From contig OZ242260.1 in NCBI GenBank assembly GCA_965207065.1, forward strand, positions 480,001 through 544,000: a stretch of 64,000 nucleotides of DNA, written 5' to 3'. This stretch comes from a bacterium (lineage in GTDB: Bacteria; UBA8248). Below are positions 43,042 to 52,380 of the stretch, one piece after another; within the stretch, counting starts at the first letter, position 1; each line of letters begins with the position of its first letter. The notes under the pieces were generated by a model. That model was given only the letters and a program-made list of their open reading frames with translations. It made no database searches and was not told the DNA's origin. A program made the position numbers and the translations under genes.

Positions 43042-43504
43042 CGGACGCTCCTCCCATGCGCATCAACAAAGAAAGGCCGGCCCGATTCGAGGGGCACAGC
43101 CACGTGTAAAATGAAATATCATCCTACTTGCACACATCTTACAAAGAAAAGGCCGAAGGGCAAACTCGCTCCGGGAAATTCCGCCAGTCCGAGGCATGAC
43201 CGGAACAGGGTTTTACCATTCATACTTAAGGGGGTTGTTGAAAAAGCCTCCCATGGGGAAGGCTCCCGATCATCGAATTGTTTATTGTAGGGACAGGCAC
43301 AGGGGCCTGTCCCTACTACAGCAGGCGGCGGTTCTCCCGCAATCTCCCAGGCCCGAAAACCAACTCCCCCTGCCACCCTTGTCAGGGGGGTATAAAAGGC
43401 AATGCCCCCGGCGTGGGGTGAAAAGAAGTCCCCCCTGAGGGGGGTCAAACACGATTGATGAATGAGCGATCGACGCGACCGATGAAGGAGGGATCGTGGG
43501 TCGG

Positions 43505-43945
43505 CTAAGAGTCCTTCGCGGCGTGCGGCGCGGACGTGCGGCGGATGAGTTCCCTGAGCGACTCGCGCTGGCCTTCCAGCGCCGCCATGGCTTCCCGGTG
43601 TCGGCGTTCGATCCCCGCCATGGTTTCGCGGTGCTGTTCGCTTTGCGCCTCGCGCTCAGCCTTCAGCGCCGCCATGGCTTCCTGATGCCGGCTCTCGAGC
43701 GCCTTCATGGTCTCCCGGTGCTGCGCCATGTTTTCCCGGTGCTGGGCGTCGCGGTGGCGCGCGGCCTGGCGCATGATGTAGAGGCCATAGGCGATGAGAG
43801 CGCATTGCACGGCCCCGACGACGGCGGCGACCCACACGGCGGCCTGCTGCGTCGCGAGGGAGGCTTCCTGTAGGGCGATGGAGGCTTCCTGCAGGGTGAG
43901 GGAGGCTTTTTGCAGCGCGAGGCTTGCGGCTTCGTATTCCGTCAT
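43505..43945 (-). CDS. Small membrane-anchored repeat protein (paralog 2)
   Basis: ASLALQK heptads, TM VWVAAVVGAVQCALIAYGLYIM, HRE(T/A)M repeats, LRELIRRT end. Confidence 0.8.
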   Translation of the reverse strand: MTEYEAASLALQKASLTLQEASIALQEASLATQQAAVWVAAVVGAVQCALIAYGLYIMRQAARHRDAQHRENMAQHRETMKALESRHQEAMAALKAEREAQSEQHRETMAGIERRHREAMAALEGQRESLRELIRRTSAPHAAKDS

Positions 43946-43981
43946 CCGGTTTTCTCCCACGAAAGTGGGTCCTCGGTGAAT

Positions 43982-44011
43982 ACTCTAAAGGGATGCCGCG
44001 CGTCTCGTCAA
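43982..44011 (-). promoter_or_regulatory. Sigma70-type promoter of paralog 2
   Basis: TTGACG-N18-TAGAGT, identical boxes upstream of paralog 3. Confidence 0.65.
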
Positions 44012-44383
44012 GCCGGAGGAGTGGGTCTGAGCGAGGAGGGGTTTCTCATCGGGAAATCCCGATCATTGTATTGTTCACCGCAAGGACAGGCGGCGGTTCT
44101 CCCGCCACCTCCCAGGCTCGAAAACCACCCCCCCCCCTACCCCCCTTGTCAGGGGTCAAACGCGAGTGAGGAACGAGCGTTTGCATAAGCCATTGACGAG
44201 AAACATATCGGCTCGCAAAACCTCCCTCTTCGGTCGGTTTTGACCCTGACAAGGGGGGGTAAGGGGGGTTGACTATATGTGGTTTCCCACTCAAGGGGTT
44301 GCCTTTACCCACGCAAAGTCTTTTTCAACAGCCCCGTATGGATCGGGTTCAGAGTGAAAATTTCCAAAAGAGGAAGGACCCGC

Positions 44384-45976
44384 TCAATCCTTGCTGCCCC
44401 AGCCGCCGCCGCCGGGCGTTTCGAGGCGTATCCTGTCCCCGCGTTTCGCCGAGAGACGGGCCTTGCCGGAGAATTGCCTCTCCTCACCCCCGCTTGTGAG
44501 CGAATTCCTGCCCTTCGTGCCCGGCTCCCCGCCGTTCAGGGGCCAGGGCGGCTTGTCGCGCCTCTCCGTCATAAAGGAAACGGTGGCGTCGCCCAGGAGT
44601 TCAATCTCCCGGATGATACCGTCCCCGCCGCGATGCTTTCCGCCGCCGCCGCTGCCCCGCCGTACGGTGTAGCGGCTCACCCGAAACGGATAGGCGTGTT
44701 CGAGCGCTTCAATCGGGGTGTTCAAGGTGTTGGTGAGATGGGTGTGGATGGCGTCTTCCCCGTCGCCCCAGGGGCCTCCGCCCATGCCGCCGCCCGTTGT
44801 CTCGTAGTAGGCGTATGGGCGGCCCTGCCGGGGGCCTGCGCGGTGGTCCATGCCCCCGACGGTGAGGTTGTTCATCGTGCCGCAGGAGGCAGCGGGTATC
44901 TTGCCGGGACAGGCCCTGGCAAGCGCGCCGAGAATGACGTCCACCATTCGCTGGCTCGTCTCCACGTTCCCGCCCGCGACGGCGGCGGGAAACTCCGCGT
45001 TCACCACCGTGCCCGAGGGCGCGATGACCTCGATGGGGTCCATGCACCCTGAATTGTTCGGAATGTCGTAGGGAACCAGACAGCGCAGGGCGTAGTAGGC
45101 CGCCGTGCGGGCGATGGACTCCACGGCGTTCACGCTGCCTTGCGTCTGCGGAGCGGAGCCGGTGTAGTCCACGCGCATCTTCGAGCCGCGTACCGTGATC
45201 TCCACCCGTATCGGCACAGGTCCGCTGCCGAAGCCGTCGTCATCCATGAAATCCTCAAAGCCATACCGCCCATCGGGTATGTCGCGAATCACCGCCTTGG
45301 TCAGGCGCTCGGAATATCTTTGCAGCTCCACCGTGTAGCGCAGCGTCTCGGCCAGGCCGTGGCGCTCGATGATCTCGAGGATTCTTCGCTCTCCCACGCG
45401 GTTCGCCGCGATTTGCGCTGCGATGTCTCCCCTGCGCTCCTCAGCGGTGCGCACGTTCGCGAGAATGAGGGAGAAAACGTCCTCCTGCATCTCCCCCGCG
45501 CGCACGAGCTTCACCGGCGGAATGACAACGCCGTCCTGGAATATCTCGGTCGTGATGCTCATCGAGCCGGGCGCGATGCCGCCCACGTCGGCATGGTGCG
45601 CCCGATTGGCCACGTAATAGATGAGATTTTTCCTGCCCCTCACCTCCCCGTATACGGGCGAGATCATCGTGATGTCCGGCAGGTGGTTTCCCCCGCGGAA
45701 AGGGTCGTTCAGCACGACCACGTCGCCGGGGTCGAGCACCATCCGCTCGATGACGTATTCCACCGACATCGGCATGGAGCCCAGATGGGCGGGCAGATGC
45801 GCCGCCTGCGCCGCCATCCGGCCTTTCGTATCGAAGATGGCGCACGAATAATCCTTCCGCTCCTTGATGTTGGGAGAAAACGAGGAGCGGCACAGCGCCA
45901 CGCCCATCTCTTCGGAGGCTGCAAACAAGAGATTGCGGAAAACTTCCAGGAGTATCGGATCATACCTGTTCGCCAT
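44384..45976 (-). CDS. Hydantoinase B/oxoprolinase family subunit
   Basis: FSPNIKERKDYSC, HLGSM, NDPFRGGNHLPD, HHADVGG, TPIEALE, TPGGGGWG. Confidence 0.92.
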   Translation of the reverse strand: MANRYDPILLEVFRNLLFAASEEMGVALCRSSFSPNIKERKDYSCAIFDTKGRMAAQAAHLPAHLGSMPMSVEYVIERMVLDPGDVVVLNDPFRGGNHLPDITMISPVYGEVRGRKNLIYYVANRAHHADVGGIAPGSMSITTEIFQDGVVIPPVKLVRAGEMQEDVFSLILANVRTAEERRGDIAAQIAANRVGERRILEIIERHGLAETLRYTVELQRYSERLTKAVIRDIPDGRYGFEDFMDDDGFGSGPVPIRVEITVRGSKMRVDYTGSAPQTQGSVNAVESIARTAAYYALRCLVPYDIPNNSGCMDPIEVIAPSGTVVNAEFPAAVAGGNVETSQRMVDVILGALARACPGKIPAASCGTMNNLTVGGMDHRAGPRQGRPYAYYETTGGGMGGGPWGDGEDAIHTHLTNTLNTPIEALEHAYPFRVSRYTVRRGSGGGGKHRGGDGIIREIELLGDATVSFMTERRDKPPWPLNGGEPGTKGRNSLTSGGEERQFSGKARLSAKRGDRIRLETPGGGGWGSKD

Positions 45977-45985
45977 CGCGCCCTC

Positions 45986-48001
45986 TCAGCCTGCGTTCTT
46001 CAAAACGAGATTGCCCCAATCGTCCACCCGGCATTCCCAGCCCGGGGGGACGACCGTCGTGGCGCTGAACTCGCACACCAGCGCCGGGCCCTTAAAACGA
46101 TTCCCGCGAGAGAATTTGTCCCGCGCATAGGCGGAACCCTCGACCTGCTTTCCTTCAAAAACCATCATCCGGCTCCCCATGCGTGCCTGGGAAACATTTT
46201 TTCGGGCTTTCGGAAGCCGCCTGGCGGGCGGACGCTCCACCACGCCTACGCCCCGGACTCTCAACGTCACGATCTCGACAGGGCTCTCGGGACTGGAGGT
46301 GCCGAAGCGCTCATCGTGCAACGTATCGAACGCGGTCCGGAGGCTCTTGCGGAGGTCCACGCCCGTCTCGGGCCGGTAGGGGAGCGTCAGTTCATACGAC
46401 TGCCCGAGATAGCGCATATCGATGAAAAACGTGAAGGCGGGCCTGGCGAATCCTTCGAACTTCAGATCCGCCCGCCCCTTCTGCAGCAAGGGAGAAAAAT
46501 GGCCTGCGAGAGATTTCTTGCTCAACCCCTCGAGCGGCAGCAACACCGTCCGGGCGTAGTCCTTCACCACGTCGGCCGTCAGCATGCCCCGTGCGGAGAG
46601 AATCCCCGGATCATTCGGAACGACGACGTGCGGAATCCTTAAAATCTCCGCCAGGGAACAGGCGTGCATCGCCCCGGCGCCGCCGAAGGAGATGAGGGCG
46701 AATGTGCGCGGGTCGTGGCCCCGCTCCACGCTGATCAGGCGAATCGCGCGCGCCATGTGCTGGTTGGCGACGCGGACCACGCCCTCGGCCGCCTGCCGAT
46801 CGTCAAGGCGCAAGGACTTCGCCAGACGCGCGATACCGACTCTCACCGGCTCCATGTCGAGCGCCATCCTGCCGCCCAGGAATTGTTCGGGATCGAGACG
46901 GCCGAGAAACAGGTTGGCGTCCGTGACGGTGACCTGATCGCCCTTGCCGTAGCATATCGGACCCGGATCGGCGCCCGCGCTCTCAGGCCCGACGGCGAGG
47001 GCGCCGCCCGGATCAACCCGGGCGATGGATCCGCCGCCTGCGCCCACCGTGTGAATGTCGATGAGGGGGACCCGGATCGGGCAACCGGCCACTTCCGTTT
47101 CCGCCGTGAAACCGATGCCGCCGTACAGCAGGGAGACGTCCGTACTCGTTCCGCCCATATCGAAGGCGATCGCATTCTCGAACCCCGCTCTACTCGCCAC
47201 CTCATGAGCGCCCACAACGCCGCCGGCGGGGCCGGACAGGATGGTCCGGATGGCCTCCTCGCCCGCCATCGTGCTCGATATGACGCCGCCGTTGCTCTGC
47301 ATGACGCGCAAGCGGCCGGAGCCCAGGCGCGATTCCAGATCCTTCAGGTACCTGTTCATCATGGGAGATACATAGGCGTTCACACACGTGGTGCTCATGC
47401 GCTCGTATTCCCGGAACTCAGGCAACACCTGGCTGGACATCGATACGTGAATGCCGCTCCGGCGAACCGCGTCGGCCACTTTCTCTTCATGGGCAGGATT
47501 CGCATAGGAGTGCAGCAGGCAGATGGCGACGGACTCGACGCTCGCTTCGCGGAGTTTTCGGCTCAGCGCCTTCAAGTCCGACGCCTTGACCCGCAGGAGT
47601 TCGCCGCCCTTTTCATCGAGGCGCTCCGCCACGCCCATTCTGAGATCTCTGGGCACCAGGGCGGGAGGTCTGCGGTACGCGAGATTGTAGAGTTCTTTCC
47701 GGTTCTGGCGGCCAATCTCCACCAGGTCCTCGAAGCCGGCCGTCGTCACGAGGGCTGTTTTCGCGCCCCGGCGGGTGAGCAGAGCGTTCGTCGCCACGGT
47801 GGAGCCGTGTGTGATGTCCAGGGCGACGCCGCGGCCATCCAGGATTTCATCCAATCCCTGAAGGATGGCGCGCTCGGGCGCATCCGGCGTGGAGGGCACC
47901 TTGTGGACACGCACCCGGGAGCCGTCGAACGAGATGAAATCCGTAAAGGTTCCGCCCGTGTCGACGCCGATCCGAAGCGTCTTCATCTTGCGAGCGGGCA
48001 T
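45986..48001 (-). CDS. Hydantoinase A/oxoprolinase family subunit
   Basis: GVDTGGTFTD, HGSTVATNA, SGPAGG, DMGGTSTD, GAGGGS. Confidence 0.93.
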   Translation of the reverse strand: MPARKMKTLRIGVDTGGTFTDFISFDGSRVRVHKVPSTPDAPERAILQGLDEILDGRGVALDITHGSTVATNALLTRRGAKTALVTTAGFEDLVEIGRQNRKELYNLAYRRPPALVPRDLRMGVAERLDEKGGELLRVKASDLKALSRKLREASVESVAICLLHSYANPAHEEKVADAVRRSGIHVSMSSQVLPEFREYERMSTTCVNAYVSPMMNRYLKDLESRLGSGRLRVMQSNGGVISSTMAGEEAIRTILSGPAGGVVGAHEVASRAGFENAIAFDMGGTSTDVSLLYGGIGFTAETEVAGCPIRVPLIDIHTVGAGGGSIARVDPGGALAVGPESAGADPGPICYGKGDQVTVTDANLFLGRLDPEQFLGGRMALDMEPVRVGIARLAKSLRLDDRQAAEGVVRVANQHMARAIRLISVERGHDPRTFALISFGGAGAMHACSLAEILRIPHVVVPNDPGILSARGMLTADVVKDYARTVLLPLEGLSKKSLAGHFSPLLQKGRADLKFEGFARPAFTFFIDMRYLGQSYELTLPYRPETGVDLRKSLRTAFDTLHDERFGTSSPESPVEIVTLRVRGVGVVERPPARRLPKARKNVSQARMGSRMMVFEGKQVEGSAYARDKFSRGNRFKGPALVCEFSATTVVPPGWECRVDDWGNLVLKNAG

Positions 48002-49017
48002 CAGCGCCTCCTGTTCGGCCAGGCTTCGGGGTTCAGCAAATCAGGAGGGCGCCTGCCGAGCAGGTAGGCCTTCACGTTCCTCTCCACGCGATCTGAAACC
48101 GCGTCCCGGCCCAGATCGGTGTTCGTTCCCAGGTGCGGCATCATGACGACGTTCTTCATCCGCAGGAGCCTCGGGTGCGGGTCGGGCTCATGCTCGAACA
48201 CATCCAGCCCCGCTCCGCCGAGGCGGCCCGAGCGGAGCGCTTCGACCAGGGCTTTTTCATCCAGAATGGGGCCCCGGGCGGTGTTGATGATCACGGCTCC
48301 CTCTTTCATCCGGGCGAACTCCGCCGCTCCGATGAGATGGCGCGTCTCGTCGTTCAGGGCCAGGTGCACGCTCAGGAAATCGGATTCGCGCAGGAGCCTG
48401 CCGAAAGCGCGGTAGGAAACGCCCGTCTCCTTCTCCATATCGGGAGATTTCCTGTTCCGGCTCCAGTAGCGGACCTTCATGCCGAACGCATTCGCCATGT
48501 GCGCCACGGCGCAGCCGATGCGCCCCAGACCGATGACCCCGAGCACCCGGCCGTTCAGCCCCCGGCCCTCGAGCAAGGTGGGCGTCCAGCCCTTCCATCG
48601 CCCCGTTCTGATATATGTGTCCGCCTCCGCCACCCGCCTGCTCACCGCGAGCAGGAGCGCCATGGCGCACTCCGCCGTGGGCTCCGTGACGACGCCGGGC
48701 GTGTTGGTGGCCAGGATTCCCCGCCTCGTGATCTCGCCCAGGTCGAGGTTGTTGAAGCCAACCCCGCAGTTGGCGATCAATTTGAGGCGCGGCGCGGCGT
48801 CCAGGAAACCGGCGTCTATCTCGTCTCCCACCATCGCGATGAGAACGTCCGCACGGCGCACGGCGCGCCTGTAGCCGGCGGGACTCGGCTTCACGTCTCT
48901 TGCGTGCATGACGAACTCGGAGATTCGTTTCAGCTCTTCGAAATGACGGACAGGAAATTTCCGGGAGAGAAACACGCGCGGAAGTTCTGCAGGGGACGCC
49001 TTCTCGTTCATTTTCAC
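48001..49017 (-). CDS. D-isomer-specific 2-hydroxyacid dehydrogenase (glyoxylate reductase-like)
   Basis: NTPGV, GLGRIG, INTARG, GLDVFEHEP, PHLG. Confidence 0.92.
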   Translation of the reverse strand: MKMNEKASPAELPRVFLSRKFPVRHFEELKRISEFVMHARDVKPSPAGYRRAVRRADVLIAMVGDEIDAGFLDAAPRLKLIANCGVGFNNLDLGEITRRGILATNTPGVVTEPTAECAMALLLAVSRRVAEADTYIRTGRWKGWTPTLLEGRGLNGRVLGVIGLGRIGCAVAHMANAFGMKVRYWSRNRKSPDMEKETGVSYRAFGRLLRESDFLSVHLALNDETRHLIGAAEFARMKEGAVIINTARGPILDEKALVEALRSGRLGGAGLDVFEHEPDPHPRLLRMKNVVMMPHLGTNTDLGRDAVSDRVERNVKAYLLGRRPPDLLNPEAWPNRRR

Positions 49018-50177
49018 AACCGCTTCACGGCATCCGCGATCCGGTCCACGGCCCGCTCCAGATTCTCCACGCTGTTGGCGAAGCACATTCTCAGGTGATT
49101 GTCCGCATGAACGCCGAAGGCCGAGCCGGGCAAGGTCGCCACGCCCGCATCGTCGAGAAGATAATCGGCGAAATCATCCGCGCTCATGGGAATCCGGCTC
49201 ACGTTGGGGAACGCGTAGAAAGCGCCGTCGGGGTACTGGCAGGATATGCCTTCCACCTCGTTGAGACCCCCGATGAAGATATCGCGCCTGCGCCTGAAAT
49301 CATCCATCATGGCGCGGCTCTCGGACTGATCCTCCAGAAGCCCCTTCGCGCCAGCCAGTTGAATGAAGGGGGGCACGCAGCTCACCGAGTTGGTGATGAG
49401 CTGGGCAAGCGGATCGGCAAGCGTCTCAGGCGCGGCGATGAAACCCAGACGCCAGCCGGTCATGGCGTAAGTTTTCGAGAACGTCTCTAGCATGATGGTG
49501 CGCTCGCGCATCCCGGGCAGTGTGCCAAGAGAGACGTGTTCTCCCTCGAAAAGCATGTGGGCGTACACCTCGTCGGACAGGACGATGATGTCGTTCTCCA
49601 CGGCGATTTCCGCTATCGCTTCGAGTTCGGTCCTCGTCAGCGTCCCGCCGGTGGGATTGTGCGGGTAGTTCAGGATGAGGAGGCGGGTCTTGTCGGTGAC
49701 GCGCGCGCGCAGATCGTCCGGCGTGAAGCGGAAATTGTTCTCCTCCAGTATCGGCAGCGGCACGGGCGTAGCGCCCGCGTAGAGCGCCACGGACTCATAG
49801 ACCGGAAAACCCGGGTCCGGGTAGATCACCTCATCGCCCGGCCCCGCCGTGGCCATGATGGTGTAGTACAGAAACGGCTTTCCTCCCGGGCCGACCACGA
49901 TCTCGTTCGGCGAATACTCCCCGCGCCCATCGCGCCTGAGCCACTCACACGCCGCTTCGCGAAGCTCCAGCACGCCGGCGGAGGGGCAATAGTGCGTCTT
50001 GCCCGCCTTCAACTGCGCATACGCCTCATCGACGATGCTCGAGGGCGTGTCGAAATCGGTATCGCCAATTTCGAGGTGGATGATGTCCCGGCCCTGGCGC
50101 TCCATTTCACTCGCCTTGGCGAGAACCACGAACGCGCTTTCCGTTTTGAGCAGATTCATCCGATCAGCCAGACGCAT
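49014..50177 (-). CDS. PLP-dependent aminotransferase class I/II
   Basis: NYPHNPTG, SDEVY, FSKTYAMTGWRLG. Confidence 0.93.
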   Translation of the reverse strand: MRLADRMNLLKTESAFVVLAKASEMERQGRDIIHLEIGDTDFDTPSSIVDEAYAQLKAGKTHYCPSAGVLELREAACEWLRRDGRGEYSPNEIVVGPGGKPFLYYTIMATAGPGDEVIYPDPGFPVYESVALYAGATPVPLPILEENNFRFTPDDLRARVTDKTRLLILNYPHNPTGGTLTRTELEAIAEIAVENDIIVLSDEVYAHMLFEGEHVSLGTLPGMRERTIMLETFSKTYAMTGWRLGFIAAPETLADPLAQLITNSVSCVPPFIQLAGAKGLLEDQSESRAMMDDFRRRRDIFIGGLNEVEGISCQYPDGAFYAFPNVSRIPMSADDFADYLLDDAGVATLPGSAFGVHADNHLRMCFANSVENLERAVDRIADAVKRL

Positions 50178-50192
50178 ATTTATCCCCGTTTC

Positions 50193-50798
50193 TCATATCG
50201 CCGAGTGAAGAGGCGCGTCCGTCACGACGCCGCACCTCATGAGCACATTCAACACTTCCGCAACGGGCAGCCCCACCACGTTGGTGTAGCTTCCCTCCAC
50301 CCTGTCCACGAGGCTTCCGCCCAACCCCTGTATGGCGTACGCGCCCGCCTTGTCCATCGGTTCGCCGCTTTCGACGTAACGCGCGATGGCTTCCCCGTCA
50401 ATCAGCCGGAAGGACACCTTCGTGGCGACCGCCTCCTCCTGGCGGGAGTCCGCCCCCAGAAGGGTGAAAGCGGTGATCACCTCATGCGTTCGACCCGAAA
50501 GCAGCCCCAGCATGCGCGAGGCGTCGTCCGCACTTGACGGCTTCCCCAGGATTTCCCCATCCAGGACGACCACCGTATCGGCTCCGAGCACGTATGCGCC
50601 CGGGTTCATCTTCGCCACGAAACCCGCCTTCGCCAGGGCGCGGCGCATGGCCTCGGCGCAGGCTTCCAGCCCCGGCGCGGCCTCCTCCTCCACGTCCGGG
50701 GGCGCCTGGACGACGTCAAAAACAAGTCCAATTTCTTCCAGAAGCCGTTTTCTGCGCGGAGAGCCCGAAGCCAGAATGAAATGCTGAGTCTGTCGCAA
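50193..50798 (-). CDS. maf: Maf family nucleoside triphosphate pyrophosphatase
   Basis: ILASGSPRR, GADTVV, DKAGAYAIQG, NVVGLP; start uncertain. Confidence 0.92.
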   Translation of the reverse strand: MRQTQHFILASGSPRRKRLLEEIGLVFDVVQAPPDVEEEAAPGLEACAEAMRRALAKAGFVAKMNPGAYVLGADTVVVLDGEILGKPSSADDASRMLGLLSGRTHEVITAFTLLGADSRQEEAVATKVSFRLIDGEAIARYVESGEPMDKAGAYAIQGLGGSLVDRVEGSYTNVVGLPVAEVLNVLMRCGVVTDAPLHSAI

Positions 50799-50817
50799 GA
50801 ACCGAACCTGCGGAAGG

Positions 50818-51795
50818 CTAATTGTCTCGATCGACAATGTAGTCGGCGACGTCGCGCAACACGTCGACATGGTCGGAATCCGGCAGAATGGAGAGAGCCG
50901 CCTTACCCGCCTCCACGTATCCCCGCGCCCTGTCGAGGGTGTAGTCCACCGCGCCGTATTTGTTCATCAATTCGAGAACGTCATCCAGATCCTGCGCGCG
51001 GATCTCATCCGCGTGAACCACCAGATGATTCAACCTCTCGAACTCGGCATCCGTGGCCCGGGCGCAAACCCGGAGCAGAGGCAGCGTCACGTTCCCCTCG
51101 CGCAGGTCCTCGCCCACGGATTTTCCCGTTCTCTCGGCATCACCCATGTAATCGAGGGCGTCATCGACCAGTTGAAAGGCGTATCCGATCTGGACGCCGA
51201 ACTGATGCAGCGCGTTCGTAAACGTGGGTGGGCTGTCGGGGATCAGGGCGCCGACGCGGCAACTCGCGGCGATGAGAGCCGCCGTCTTGCGGTAGATGAC
51301 GTCGAGATATTCCTCTTCGGTGAGCTTCAAGTTGTACATGTTCACCAGCTGGAGCACTTCCCCCTCGGAGAGCAGGGTGCAGGCCTCGCTCATCGTCTTG
51401 ATGATTCGCAAATCGGCGTCCGCGGCCATGAGCGAGAAACTCTTGGCGAACAGGAAATCGCCCACCAGGACGCTCGTCTCATTGTTCCATTTCGCATTGG
51501 CGGACGGGTTGCCGCGCCTCATCTGCGCGTCATCCACCACGTCGTCGTGCAGAAGCGTGGCCGTGTGGATGTACTCCACCACGCAACCCATCGTCGTGGC
51601 GCGAGGGCCCTCGTAGCCGCACGCCTTGGCGACGAGCACCAGGAGAATCGGCCGAATCCTCTTGCCGCCGGAACCGATGAGATAATCACTCACATCGGGT
51701 ATCAAGACGACGTCCGAATGAAAATTCGCGTGTATCGCTTCCTCTACTTCCTTCATCTCGGAAGCGATTGAATCCGCAATCTCAGAAAATTTCAT
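50818..51795 (-). CDS. ispB: Long-chain polyprenyl diphosphate synthase
   Basis: GGKRIRP, ATLLHDDVVD, FQLVDD, DLREG. Confidence 0.88.
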   Translation of the reverse strand: MKFSEIADSIASEMKEVEEAIHANFHSDVVLIPDVSDYLIGSGGKRIRPILLVLVAKACGYEGPRATTMGCVVEYIHTATLLHDDVVDDAQMRRGNPSANAKWNNETSVLVGDFLFAKSFSLMAADADLRIIKTMSEACTLLSEGEVLQLVNMYNLKLTEEEYLDVIYRKTAALIAASCRVGALIPDSPPTFTNALHQFGVQIGYAFQLVDDALDYMGDAERTGKSVGEDLREGNVTLPLLRVCARATDAEFERLNHLVVHADEIRAQDLDDVLELMNKYGAVDYTLDRARGYVEAGKAALSILPDSDHVDVLRDVADYIVDRDN

Positions 51796-52002
51796 CCCAC
51801 CTCCGACCTGCGATACCATCTCCTGAAACGGGGATTTCCGTCTCCCGACCATTTTCCCCGACAACAGGACTCAAGAGCAACTCAATCTATTGAGGAGGCC
51901 CATGGGTGTCAAGGCGATGAAACGCCCCTTTTCCTCAAGACGAAGCTCGGCTATGTTGCCAGAAACCAGGCGAATGTCCAACCATGGGGGGAGTTCAGGG
52001 TT

Positions 52003-52380
52003 TTGAGCAGAAAAATTCAAATCACCGTCGGCAACCTAAGCATGGAGGCGGAACTGAAAGAGTCTGAATCCGCAAACGCCCTTTGGGAGGCTTTGCCGAT
52101 TCGGGGCGCGGCGAACGTATGGGGCGAGGAGATCTATTTTCAGGTCCCGGTCGATGCGCCTTTGGAGGATTCCGCGCGCGAGGAGATGGAAGTAGGAGAG
52201 ATCGCCTACTGGCCTCCCGGCAGCGCATTCTGCATCTTTTTCGGCCGAACGCCTGCGAGCGTGGACGAAGCGCCCCGCGCGGCCAGCCCCGTGAATCCAC
52301 TGGGCAAAGTGGCGGGGGACCCGAAAGATTTCCTGAACGTCCGCTCGGGAGAGGAGGTTCTACTGGAGAGAGCGCCGTGA
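52003..52380 (+). CDS. Cyclophilin-like fold protein (DUF369/TM1367-type)
   Basis: WGEEIYF, GEIAYWPPG.AFCIFFG.TP. Confidence 0.8.
   Translation: MSRKIQITVGNLSMEAELKESESANALWEALPIRGAANVWGEEIYFQVPVDAPLEDSAREEMEVGEIAYWPPGSAFCIFFGRTPASVDEAPRAASPVNPLGKVAGDPKDFLNVRSGEEVLLERAP

Larger units (their letters stand above)
43231..44335. mobile_element. Putative non-autonomous element with TIRs carrying a cargo gene
   Basis: GGGGTTGTTGAAAAAG (43231-43246) / CTTTTTCAACAGCCCC (44320-44335), 15/16 inverted match; internal ~67-bp direct repeats. Confidence 0.6.

Noticed and set aside
43119-44312. Short ORFs in repeat clusters (43119-43448, 44046-44312; also 9960-10181, 37298-37525)
   Set aside because: Translations of palindromic repeats with no coding signal.
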